Origin: Nitrospirales bacterium
GTDB taxonomy: Bacteria > Nitrospirota > Nitrospiria > Nitrospirales > UBA8639
Reading direction: 5' to 3'
Assembly (NCBI GenBank): GCA_965223685.1
Contig: CBDCXG010000003.1
Location: forward strand, 166,362 to 230,361
DNA length: 64,000 bases
In this document: positions 9,083 through 17,981 of the stretch, piece after piece
Numbering within the stretch: the stretch's first letter is position 1
Layout: each line of letters begins with the position of its first letter
Made by a program: the position numbers and the translations under genes
The notes under the pieces: generated by a model
Databases searched by the model: none
Seen by the model: the letters and a program-made list of their open reading frames with translations, nothing else
Told to the model about the DNA's origin: nothing

Positions 9083-10492
9083 GTGACAAACCCGTCGGCA
9101 GCTCAAGTAGCACCTGGTTGTCGCATCCGCTCCATCTCCTATTGCGTGTCCTGTGCTGTGTCAATACTTGTGCTGTCAACGCTTCCAGTTAAAGCGAACG
9201 ACAGTGGCGCGAACTTGGCTGCGCCAGCAATCGAGTCAGTCTACGACCCATATCGCGGAATGGACGAGGATGGCCGGATTCCCAAGATAGACAAGGCAGC
9301 CTTAGTTGCTCGGCCAGAACGCTGGCGGGATGTGCCGGAGGGGCGACTCAAACCCGGCGGATTTTTCGAGCGTTTCCTTATCTCAAGCTTCCTGGTTCCG
9401 CTCTTTTTCGCCAACTCCGATGTTGGGATTGGAGTAGGTGCAGCGCTCACCGATATTGATTTCCGTGCACAACGTCGCCGGGAGTTCATGGGGGCATTTA
9501 TCTCCTACACGACCGAAGGCCAGCAGAGTTATGTGTTACGCTGGCGACGCTGGGTTAAGCATCTCGAAGTCCTACCTGGAGGCGTGCTTCAGGAAGAGCG
9601 CAGCTTTTTCAGCCTAGGCGGGGGGTATCGGAAAACACTGACCCGTCGTTTCTTTGGAATTGGTCCTTCTACCCGAGAAAGTCAGGAGACCAGCTTTACC
9701 GACGCAGTCGCTTTTCTGGACCTTGGGCTTTCAACATCTCTGGAGGGGGCATTTGACGACGTTGTTCTGGATGTAGGGTTGCGAGGAGAACACCACTGGC
9801 TCAGCCGGGGCCGAGTCGGGGACGCCGGACAAACCGACAGAGAGTTTCCCAAGCTCTTCGCCTAGGCGGATCCCTATGGCCTCGGCTGGGTAGCCGCTGG
9901 AGTTCGCTGGGACACGCGCGATAGCCAGCGTAATCCCTATCGTGGGACGGTTCTAGGAGCAAGGGTCGATGCCGCACTACTCCAGAACAATTGGAATCGT
10001 GGTGCGATCTACCGACTCTTTGGTGATCAGTTAATCCCCGTCCCAGGACTGTTTCACGACGGAGGAGACAAGGACGAGGAGCATCCTCCAACTGACACCG
10101 TCGCGATTCACCTTGAGAGCCAACTCAGCTCTGGTGATTTACCTTTTTTTGCTCTCCCCACACTTGGCGGCAGTAGAGTGTTACGGGGATATATCGCGGG
10201 TCGTTGGCGGGACGATGCAGCCTGGGCCACAGCGACGGAATATCGCTTCTGGGTTTTCCCGCGGGGATTCAATGTGTGGCGGCATATTCGAGTCGAACGC
10301 CTCGGGCTGGCGATCTTTTACGAGCTCGGTGGTGTGGCATCGGACGGACTTCGCTTTTTTCAGGAACGTGTGCGTCAAAGCTACGGGATCAGTGGGCGCT
10401 TCACTTTAGAACGTGCGGCCATTTTCCGTGCCGATTTTGGGTTCTCGGAAGATGGCGTCAATTTCTCAGTGGGCTTCGGCCTACCCTTTTGA
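9083..10492 (+). pseudogene. BamA/TamA (Omp85) family outer-membrane beta-barrel gene with an in-frame TAG at 9863-9865
   Basis: ORFs 8918-9865 and 10178-10492 share one frame, which stays open after the TAG (ADPYGLGW...DTRDSQRNPYRG...LGGSRVLRGY...); C-terminal FSVGFGLPF beta-signal; signal-peptide-like N-terminus. Confidence 0.75.
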
Positions 10493-10506
10493 TCCGTGTT
10501 TCTAAT

Positions 10507-10544
10507 GGGTTTGTCGAAAAAAGCCGCCAGCGGCGTTCTCGCCA
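10507..10544. repeat. MITE-A fragment (one end only)
   Basis: GGGTTTGTCGAAAAAAGCCGCCAGCGGCGTTCTCGCCA matches the first 38 nt of full copies. Confidence 0.8.
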
Positions 10545-10748
10545 GTTTTATCCGCGGGGCCTATCCTATGTGCGTAAGCATGGGGCCCTAGAGATAATGC
10601 CGCTGGTGGGAGTTTCTGCTCCTGATAGCAATTCGGAGGGAGAAGGAATTGAGGTTCTACGGCCTGATCTACTCTTTTACACCTCACTAGATGCTCAATT
10701 CCATGGCAACTGGTGTTCATAGTGACGCCTGGCGAACCGTCTTCTGAA

Positions 10749-11114
10749 CTACGTAAGCTCGTGCTCCTTAACAATGAATGCTGAAGATTGAGCGTGATCA
10801 ATAAAGTTCCCCTCATCTTCTAGGAGCGCGGCACCTAATTTTTGCCCCTCCGGTGAACTCATGGCCTCCATGAGATCGTTTTCTGATTCAAACCACACCT
10901 CTGCAACACCATCATATTCTGGTAACATGCCCCTCGAATTTCTTAGCCCTTCGTTTATAGGGGTATCAATCGTAAGAGATTGCACATATTTCTTTGCTCG
11001 CATAGCGCCAGCATTTTTCATGAAGAAAGGGCCATGTTTGTTCGTCCAATAATCTTGAAACTGCTCACGAGTCATACTTGGATGCCGGCGTAAACACATC
11101 ACAAATTTGATCAT
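10749..11114 (-). CDS. EthD-family (dimeric alpha-beta barrel) protein
   Basis: MIKFVMCLRRHPSMTREQFQDYWTNKHGP...YDGVAEVWFES...DEGNFID pattern. Confidence 0.85.
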   Translation of the reverse strand: MIKFVMCLRRHPSMTREQFQDYWTNKHGPFFMKNAGAMRAKKYVQSLTIDTPINEGLRNSRGMLPEYDGVAEVWFESENDLMEAMSSPEGQKLGAALLEDEGNFIDHAQSSAFIVKEHELT

Positions 11115-11186
11115 TTCACCATACTCCTTTATTAAGATAGACGGCCGAACTTTCTAGGCATGTTCTCATTATTTCTAGCACAACTC

Positions 11187-11275
11187 AATGACTGCGAACT
11201 CGCCGAGAATATCTGTTCGCCAATGGGAATGAATTCTAGGGCTTCGATGGTCCCAACATGACCCAAGAGCGGACT
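11187..11275. repeat. Degenerate palindromic gene-boundary repeat, copy R1
   Basis: AATGACTGC...CTAGGGCTTCGA...ACCCAAGAGCGGACT; shares ends with copies R2-R7. Confidence 0.55.
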
Positions 11276-11360
11276 AAAGATGTTTCTGGTTTGTGATAGT
11301 CTTCCCGAATCTTCATGCCCTCAAGCATAATATGAACCTCATTATTCCGAGGATCTATCC

Positions 11361-11939
11361 GTGATAGAAATTGACCGCTTGGATCATTTAGTCCTAACTG
11401 TTGCCGATGTTGAAAAGACCGTAGCTTTTTACGAAAGGGTGTTGGGGTCTGTTGAAAAAAGCCGCCAGCGACGTTCTCGCTATTTTCCCGTGCTCACATA
11501 ATGCCAGTATGCTCCGCGCGCAAAAATAGCTGCGGCCTTGCTGAACGGACTTTTTTGAACAGATCCAAGGCCTCTGACATCTTATGTCTCAAAGACTAAA
11601 TGTGGCCATTGATATCATCATTATTCAACAGTTCGTTTAGGGATGAAGCGAGTTTCATGTGGCGAAGGCCGCATAGCCTTGTCATTTGGAAATCAGAAAA
11701 TTAACTTACATCAACTTGGCCAAGAATTTGAGCCAAAGGCTGGGAATGTAGGGGCAGGTAATGCTGATCTGTGTTTTATCTTGAAAACGCCTATAGAGGA
11801 AGCTCAAAGACATCTTGAACAATGTGGGGTCGCAATTATAGATGGGCCTGTAGCACGAACCGGAGCGGTTGGGAACATGACATCACTCTATTTTAGGGAT
11901 CCCGACCTGAATCTAATCGAAGTTTCGAAGTATGAGTGA
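11361..11939 (+). pseudogene. VOC/glyoxalase-family gene split by MITE-A
   Basis: GTG 11361 (GAGGA RBS) encodes MIEIDRLDHLVLTVADVEKTVAFYERVLG; the insertion brings a stop; the frame resumes at ATG 11643 (MKRVSCGEGRIAL...SLYFRDPDLNLIEVS). Confidence 0.9.
11445..11635. mobile_element. MITE-A copy 2, inside the VOC gene
   Basis: Collinear with the 191-bp copy at 22866; right TIR and TSD are degenerate. Confidence 0.88.
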
Positions 11940-11942
11940 GCA

Positions 11943-12183
11943 AATGACAACTTTTGGCCAAAAGCTCTAGGTTTGAAGATCGACAGGACGCAGCCCAGGC
12001 CGTGTGAAAACTTCACTGCCATCTAAGGGTAGAAATACACTTCACAAGCAGCGTGACAAGCCACTGCTTAGCCCTGGATGCGATAACGTCTATCAGTGGG
12101 TGGATTGATTGGCCTCAACTGAAGACTTGAAAGGCTTAAAGGCAATTTCAGAAGGTCGTTTTCACACCGCCCATAGCGGACGT
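11943..12183. repeat. Palindromic gene-boundary repeat R2, interrupted by MITE-B
   Basis: 11955-11997 TGGCCAAAAGCTCTAGGTTTGAAGATCGACAGGACGCAGCCCA nearly matches 14635-14677; continues as TAGCGGACGT after the insert. Confidence 0.8.
11998..12171. mobile_element. MITE-B copy 1 (174 bp, IS1182-like ends)
   Basis: TIRs GGCCGTGTGAAAAC / GTTTTCACACCGCC; CA duplicated on both sides; alignable with 37660-37837. Confidence 0.8.
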
Positions 12184-12274
12184 GCAAGAAAGAACCCCCC
12201 CTTTTCTATGTAATAATTCCCATATTGGGAGTATATACGCGTAAAATGTCTGTATAAAAAGAAGTTAAACGAAT

Positions 12275-13078
12275 ATGTATCTGGTCAAACTCCTTAAAAA
12301 AAATTACCGGGCTCTAGCAATTTCTCATGGTAAGTTGAGAATTGGAACGATAAATTACTATCGAAAAATTGAAGACAACACACGGAAAGATTCCGAAGAG
12401 GGACTCGGTAACATTATTTGGGCTGGCAACAAATTACCTGCAGATCAATTCAATAAGATTTTCACTCCCTTCGACAACGTGTCACTGAAAGAGGGATGGG
12501 CAATAGAAAATAACGGAGCAAAAATCATCGGAGCATCTCCAAATTTCAACTTGTTCATTTTTTGTTACAGTTGGATTGATGATATTTCAGAAATCTCTAA
12601 AATATCCGAGAGTAAGGCAACTGACTATTTTTTTATAACCGACCTTCATCAGTTCGTAATTAAACTTACAAACGAGGTAAAAAGGATTGGGTTCGAAATG
12701 GTCCATCAATATGAACCTGAAAGAGCCGAAGAAATAATCAAAAGGACCACAGTTGTTGATACAACATATAAAGTATTCTATTCTAACGAATCCAAATCAC
12801 GAGTTGTAACTGAAGAAAATGTTGAGAATTTCGAAGTTAAGAAATTCCTGTCCTTTGATCTTTTTCAAAAAAACAAATCATATGAGTTTGAGCAAGAAGT
12901 TAGGACAGCATGGACTTTTGTTTACCAAGATGAAAAAGGGCGTAAACAGGCCCTACAATTACCCCATCCAGACCTTGATTACATTGATGTCGAAATTGGC
13001 GAATTACCAATTTCATTGGAACCTTCAATAAATAAATATCCAATCAAAACATCTTGTCCTAAACCAAAAAACGTCTAA
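12275..13078 (+). CDS. Hypothetical protein, AT-rich orphan
   Basis: 267-aa ORF, visibly lower GC than its neighbours, no motif recognised. Confidence 0.7.
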   Translation: MYLVKLLKKNYRALAISHGKLRIGTINYYRKIEDNTRKDSEEGLGNIIWAGNKLPADQFNKIFTPFDNVSLKEGWAIENNGAKIIGASPNFNLFIFCYSWIDDISEISKISESKATDYFFITDLHQFVIKLTNEVKRIGFEMVHQYEPERAEEIIKRTTVVDTTYKVFYSNESKSRVVTEENVENFEVKKFLSFDLFQKNKSYEFEQEVRTAWTFVYQDEKGRKQALQLPHPDLDYIDVEIGELPISLEPSINKYPIKTSCPKPKNV

Positions 13079-13116
13079 TGGCTGCTAAACGTAGATCTCC
13101 GCTCTGAGCCGTCATT
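13077..13116. repeat. Palindromic gene-boundary repeat R3
   Basis: AATGGCTGCT...GAGCCGTCATT imperfect inverted repeat overlapping the upstream stop codon; CTAGGATTGA motif follows. Confidence 0.55.
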
Positions 13117-13283
13117 GCATGGTCGGCGCTAGGATTGAGGCCCAACAGCACAGGCCGGAAACCGACCACCTTGGGGTAATCAAGATGCCATTCAACCTAT
13201 AACATACAGGGGACTCTGGCAAGCAAACCCTGACTTCAGATATTGGAAAAATTGGACATATTTTATTTGTTTGCAAGGGCTAT

Positions 13284-14081
13284 ATGTCTACATTTACCTG
13301 GGATGCTCGGGACTATGAGAAGCACTCACACGCCCAAAAGAAATGGGCAAGAGAGTTAATAGCGAAGATAGACCTTGAGAAGACTGAAGCTATTCTTGAT
13401 ATAGGCTGTGGGGATGGAAAAATAACCGCAGAGCTTGCGAATTGCGTTCCCTATGGCCGCGTTGTTGGCATCGATAGCTCCAAAGCAATGGTGGAACTTG
13501 CGAAGAATGTCTATACGGTTAGTAAGTATCCAAATCTTTCGTTCGTGAATATGGATGCTGTGCATTTGGCTTTTAAAGAGCAGTTTGACGTAGTGTTTTC
13601 GAATGCCGCCTTGCATTGGATCAAAGATCATGGCCCAATGCTAAAAGGGATCTTCAGAAGTCTGAAGTCCAGAGGTCGGGTGTTGTTACAAATGGGAGGC
13701 AAAGGGAACGCAGAAGGTGTCCTTTCTGTCTTACAAGAACTCCAGAAACAACTACGATGGCGTCAGTATTTTTCAGATTTCAAGGTTCCGTATGGTTTTC
13801 ATGGACCTCCCGAATACTCAGAATGGTTGCGTGAGGTGGGCTTTACTATTGAGCGGGTAGAGCTTATACCCAAAGATATGGAACATGAGGGCAAAGCAGG
13901 TTTGGCTGCATGGGTCCGAACAACGTGGTTGCCCTTTACGGAACAAGTACCACCAGAGCAACGAGATCAGTTCATTCATGAGGTGGTCGAGAAATATATT
14001 GACCGCGCACCACTTGATGCACATGGCAAAGCACATGTTGCCATGATGAGATTAGAAGTGGAGGCTTCTAAAAAACTATAA
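13284..14081 (+). CDS. Class I SAM-dependent methyltransferase (trans-aconitate methyltransferase-like)
   Basis: ILDIGCGDG motif I, VVGIDSS, FDVVFSNAALHW. Confidence 0.9.
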   Translation: MSTFTWDARDYEKHSHAQKKWARELIAKIDLEKTEAILDIGCGDGKITAELANCVPYGRVVGIDSSKAMVELAKNVYTVSKYPNLSFVNMDAVHLAFKEQFDVVFSNAALHWIKDHGPMLKGIFRSLKSRGRVLLQMGGKGNAEGVLSVLQELQKQLRWRQYFSDFKVPYGFHGPPEYSEWLREVGFTIERVELIPKDMEHEGKAGLAAWVRTTWLPFTEQVPPEQRDQFIHEVVEKYIDRAPLDAHGKAHVAMMRLEVEASKKL

Positions 14082-14101
14082 CTTTTGCATGTAGGTGAAT
14101 C

Positions 14102-14501
14102 TATGATTACTGCAGAAAGCGACACACGTGCATATCTCACACGCTTCTCCAATGGCACGTATGATGGATTCGCTGACACCATACACGAAAAAGGTGGAGG
14201 AGAGCGTGGCTTTCGCCCACACGACTTGCTGGAGGCTGCTCTGGCATCTTGTATCAATATGACGGTACGGATGTACGCCGATAAGCATCGCATTCGTTTA
14301 GAAGGAGTGACAACGAAAGTGTCATTGAATCGAGATACGGAGGGGGAAGCTCGTTTCGAGTATCACCTCGAGTTCCTTGGAGAACTTGAGCCGGATCAGA
14401 AAGAACGGTTGTTTAAGGTGGCGGAGCAATGCCCAGTTCGCAAAACACTTTCGCGTACCATTGCGTTTGGATATCTAAGTGAAGAGAAATGTGACATGTA
14501 A
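14102..14501 (+). CDS. OsmC/Ohr family protein
   Basis: GFRPHDLLEAALASC...RMYA and AEQCPVRKTL (two conserved Cys). ORF track opens at TTG 14085; the exact start is uncertain. Confidence 0.85.
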
Positions 14502-14620
14502 TCCAGTCTGAAATGACTCAGGTCGCCCTAGCCCAAATTGGGAAATGTAAGCGAAACGGCATTTTGTTGCGTCAAAAGTATATAAAAGGCCTAAACAGAC
14601 GAAAAGGCATGGAGATATAT

Positions 14621-14688
14621 AATGTGACCGTTCCTGGCCAAAAGTCCTAGGCTTGAAGATCGACAGGACGCGGCCCACAGCAAACATT
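14621..14688. repeat. Palindromic gene-boundary repeat R4 (uninterrupted)
   Basis: AATGTGACCGTTCCTGGCCAAAAG...GCGGCCCACAGCAAACATT; near-identical core to R2. Confidence 0.8.
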
Positions 14689-14737
14689 GGGAATCGAGTC
14701 TCATCCAAAAATTTTACGATGTCTTAAAGGAATGACT

Positions 14738-15283
14738 GTGAAAACAAGCGAACTAGTCTGGCAGGAGTACCATACGAAATTGGCTAGGTTCATACGAAGC
14801 CGGGTGACAGAGGAAGCAGTGGATGATCTGTTACAGGATGTGTTCATGAGGATTCACTCGCGCCTTGACTCCCTGAACGACGATGCGAAGCTGGAAAGTT
14901 GGTTGTATCAGATTACTCGCAATGCCATCACAGACTATTACCGTTCTCAGCGAAAGACAGAAGATCTTCACGAATGGATAGAACAACCTCCACCCGAAGA
15001 GGCCGACACGATTAGGAAGGAGCTGTCAGCCTGCCTGGAACCGATGATTCAGGAGTTGCCTGACAAATATCGCCACGCCATCCAACTGTCTGAACTTGAA
15101 AATAAGACGCAACAAGAAGTGGCTGAACAGGAAGGCATTTCATTATCCGGGGCAAAATCCCGCGTCCAACGAGGGCGAGCCATATTAAAAGACATTCTGG
15201 AAGACTGCTGTCAGTTTGAGCTGAACCAGCAGAATCAGATTCTTTCGTACGAGAAAAAGAAAGAGAAGGGGAAATATTGCTAG
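14738..15283 (+). CDS. sigZ: ECF sigma factor, SigZ family, with C-terminal Cys residues
   Basis: DDLLQDVF, WLYQITRNAITDYYR, region 4 SLSGAKSRVQRGR; ends EDCCQF...GKYC; GTG 14738 fits AAGGA spacing. Confidence 0.85.
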   Translation: MKTSELVWQEYHTKLARFIRSRVTEEAVDDLLQDVFMRIHSRLDSLNDDAKLESWLYQITRNAITDYYRSQRKTEDLHEWIEQPPPEEADTIRKELSACLEPMIQELPDKYRHAIQLSELENKTQQEVAEQEGISLSGAKSRVQRGRAILKDILEDCCQFELNQQNQILSYEKKKEKGKYC

Positions 15284-15294
15284 GTCGTCTTTTT

Positions 15295-15322
15295 TGCGTC
15301 TTTTTCCTCCCGTCTCCGTCTA
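15295..15322 (+). promoter_or_regulatory. Candidate ECF-type promoter for arsM
   Basis: TGCGTC followed by CGTC motifs about 40-60 nt upstream of the arsM start; CGTC is a common ECF -10 core. Assignment is inference. Confidence 0.35.
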
Positions 15323-15362
15323 TAGGGGTAACATGACTTTATTCACCCAACGGGAGGCTCAA

Positions 15363-16157
15363 ATGAACACTCAAGTAAAAAATGACAACATTCGTCAGAT
15401 CGTGCGTGAACGCTATGGCACCATTGCCGTATCTGACAATAACTCGTGTGCCACGAATTCATGTTGCCCGGGTGGCGATGCCAAGGCCACCTCAATGAAT
15501 CTGGGCTATTCGAGTGCTGATGTTAATCAAGTACCCGAGGGAGCCAATATGGGTTTGGGGTGCGGCAATCCCCGGGCCATCGCTTCCTTGAAAGTCGGGG
15601 AGACGGTCTTAGATTTAGGGAGTGGCGGGGGCTTTGATTGTTTTCTTGCCGTGAAGGAAGTGGGGGAAGACGGGACGGTAATTGGTGTGGATATGACCCC
15701 TGACATGGTGAGTAAAGCCAGAGCGAATGCCGACAAGGTAGGCTATACCAATGTGGAGTTTCGCCTTGGGGAAATAGAACATTTGCCTGTTGCCAATGGT
15801 GTGGTTGATGTCATTATTTCCAACTGCGTGATCAATCTGTCACCTGATAAAGCTAAGGTGTTTCAAGAAGCTTATCGGGTGTTGAAACCAGGCGGACGGT
15901 TGGCCATTTCAGATATCGTCGCGAGTGCTGAGCTACCGGAACCACAGAAAAACGATATGGCATTGTTCACGGGGTGTATGGCAGGCGCCTCATTCATCAC
16001 AGAGATTGAATCCATGCTGAAAGACGCTGGGTTTGAAGCAATCGACATCAAGCCGAAAAACAACAGTCAGGAATTTATCCGAAAATGGGCGCCAGATACC
16101 AAGATTGAGGACTATGTCGTATCCGCCTATATCGAGGCCATTAAGCCTGCCACTTAA
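15363..16157 (+). CDS. arsM: Arsenite S-adenosylmethionine methyltransferase
   Basis: SCC, LGCGNP, VLDLGSGGGFD, ISNCVINL, FTGCMAG; GGAGG RBS before ATG 15363. Confidence 0.9.
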   Translation: MNTQVKNDNIRQIVRERYGTIAVSDNNSCATNSCCPGGDAKATSMNLGYSSADVNQVPEGANMGLGCGNPRAIASLKVGETVLDLGSGGGFDCFLAVKEVGEDGTVIGVDMTPDMVSKARANADKVGYTNVEFRLGEIEHLPVANGVVDVIISNCVINLSPDKAKVFQEAYRVLKPGGRLAISDIVASAELPEPQKNDMALFTGCMAGASFITEIESMLKDAGFEAIDIKPKNNSQEFIRKWAPDTKIEDYVVSAYIEAIKPAT

Positions 16158-16233
16158 CAAGCATGTCTATTCGAGCAGAGCAAAGTGTCACGGCTTTGCT
16201 CTGCAGCTTGGAGCGGCCGTTTCCGAGAGGAGC

Positions 16234-16271
16234 GATGACCATTCTGGCCGAAAGTGACCAACGCGGACATT
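16234..16271. repeat. Palindromic gene-boundary repeat R5 (short form)
   Basis: GATGACCATTCTGGCCGAAAGTGACCAACGCGGACATT shares both ends with R4. Confidence 0.65.
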
Positions 16272-16329
16272 CAAAGATAAGACTCTTATCATGCCTAACC
16301 CTTATTAAGGCCACACCAGGAACGTTGAT

Positions 16330-16971
16330 ATGTTTCTCGTCAAATTGATACCTCCAAGGCTGCTCTCCAGACAAGCTAGAAAACCATCTGGTTGGTTTGG
16401 ACGTGTGGTGATGTCCCGAATTTTCAATAAGGGAAATGCTGAATTAAATCATTTCATCAAAGACCTCTTGGAACTGCAGGAACATGATACTGTTTTGGAG
16501 ATCGGATTTGGGCCAGGTTTATTATTAAGTCAAATGGCTCAAACCACCACGAAAGGCTTTGTGGAAGGCATTGATTTCTCAGAAGCCATGGTGGCTCAAG
16601 CCCAAAAAATTAACAAACACTATATTGCTCAGAAGAGAGTAAAAATTCAGAAGGGTCATTGTGACAACTTGCCATATGGCCCGGAGTCATTCGATAAAGT
16701 CTGCACGTCAAATACGATTTACTTTTGGGAAGACCCGAAGGCCATCTTCAATGAAATCTTTCGGGTGCTCAAACCAGAAGGTAAACTGGTGATCGGATTT
16801 AGAGATGCCGATCAAATGAAGACCCTCCCTCTCAGTAAGGAAGTATTCCATTTTTACACGATGAAGGACGTAAAAGGCTTCTTGACCCAAGCAGGATTTT
16901 TTCCTGTCCGGATTGAAAAAATGGAAGGCCAACCGTTGGTTTCTTATTGCGCCGTGGGTACAAAAGCCTAA
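16330..16971 (+). CDS. Class I SAM-dependent methyltransferase
   Basis: VLEIGFGPG motif I, GIDFSEAM, FDKVCTSNTIYFW. Confidence 0.9.
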   Translation: MFLVKLIPPRLLSRQARKPSGWFGRVVMSRIFNKGNAELNHFIKDLLELQEHDTVLEIGFGPGLLLSQMAQTTTKGFVEGIDFSEAMVAQAQKINKHYIAQKRVKIQKGHCDNLPYGPESFDKVCTSNTIYFWEDPKAIFNEIFRVLKPEGKLVIGFRDADQMKTLPLSKEVFHFYTMKDVKGFLTQAGFFPVRIEKMEGQPLVSYCAVGTKA

Positions 16972-16999
16972 AAAAATCACAACGCCGGCTCTCGACCCA

Positions 17000-17063
17000 G
17001 GCTGTGTGAAAACTCCTCAGCCAACTGATGGTAGAGGTCGACTTCAAAGGCAGCATGATCCGT
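17000..17063. mobile_element. MITE-B copy 2 (left part only, cut by IS630), inserted in repeat R6 (16981-16999)
   Basis: ...CTCGACCCA|GGCTGTGTGAAAAC...; internal sequence alignable to the other MITE-B copies up to the IS end. Confidence 0.75.
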
Positions 17064-17065
17064 TA

Positions 17066-17961
17066 TAGTCATTCCAAATAAGTTCCTGATGCTGTATACT
17101 GCTGGGCACTATGGCCTATAGCATCGATTTACGACAACGAGTGGTAAAGTTTGTTGCTGCTGGGGGCAGCAAGGCCGAAGCCGTTCGGCGTTTTCACGTC
17201 AGTATTTGGTGCGTCCACGATTGGTGTGGGCGAGCTGACTTAACCCCCAAGTATCCTCCAACCCGCCGACGCAAGTTAAATCGCGCGGCCTTGCGACGAC
17301 ATGTGACCCAGCACCCTGAGGCGACGCTCCAGGAGCGGGCTAGCCATTTCGGAGTCCGAATCAATGCAATCTGGTATGCACTCCGCCAGGAGCACATCAC
17401 TCGTAAAAAAAACTCTTCGGTACGCTGAACGGGATTCCACCCAGCGGGCCGCCTATCTTGCGCAACGGCGCCAGCTCCATCTGACCCAAGCCACCCCCCC
17501 CAGTGGTCTATCTCGATGAGAGCGGTTTTGAGCGCACAGCCTACCGCTCTCACGGATGGGCTTGCCGCGGCCAACGAGTGGCAGGGGAACGGAGTGGCCA
17601 GTCTCGTCCCCGCACCAGCTTGATCGCTGGGAAATGGGGCCAGCGCCTGCTAGCTCCCGTCCTCTTTGCAGGCAGCACGAATGCTGAGTGGTTCAATATC
17701 GGGCTCGAAGAGCATCTGTTTAAAGAGTTGGCTCCCCACTCGATCCTCATCATGGATAATGCCGCGTTTCATAAAACGGCGAAGCCCCGTGAGCTGATCG
17801 AACAAGCGGGGCACACGCTGCTGTTTCTGCCTCCGTACTCCCCGGATTTCAATCCGATTGAACAAGACTTTGCGACGATCAAGAAACGCTGGCAATATGC
17901 TTCGTCAGAGAAGTCGTTTGAAGAGATTCTCCGATTGTATGGAACTTAATTGGAATGACTA
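17066..17961 (+). mobile_element. IS630-family insertion sequence
   Basis: TIRs TAGTCATTCCAAATAAGTTCC / GGAACTTAATTGGAATGACTA, TA on both flanks; HTH ORF plus DDE ORF. Confidence 0.93.
17111..17949 (+). CDS. IS630 transposase, two ORFs joined by a probable -1 frameshift
   Basis: ORF A (MAYSIDLRQRVV, HTH) ends just after an A run at about 17404-17412; the -1 frame is open from there to VYLDESGF...LIMDNAAFH...LPPYSPDFNPIE. Confidence 0.9.
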
Positions 17962-17981
17962 TAATTGGAGAGCGACAGGCG

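Noticed and set aside
8754-9086. Short ORFs overlapping MITE-A (also 22728-23042, 22922-23257, 29968-30219, 62318-62773, 63734-63964)
   Set aside because: They are translations of the repeat (MPVRSARKK..., ...VLALREHGK...) and not genes. The 8918 start of the Omp85 ORF also lies inside the MITE.
9863-9865. Pyrrolysine or programmed amber read-through
   Set aside because: No pyl genes or supporting context in the window; all other TAG codons behave as stops. Nonsense mutation or error is simpler.
11187-17063. Classical integron (attC array)
   Set aside because: No paired RYYYAAC/GTTRRRY boxes (one lone GCCTAAC near 16294-16300) and no intI. The only tyrosine recombinase is housekeeping xerC. 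Kept instead as a non-attC cassette-like finding.
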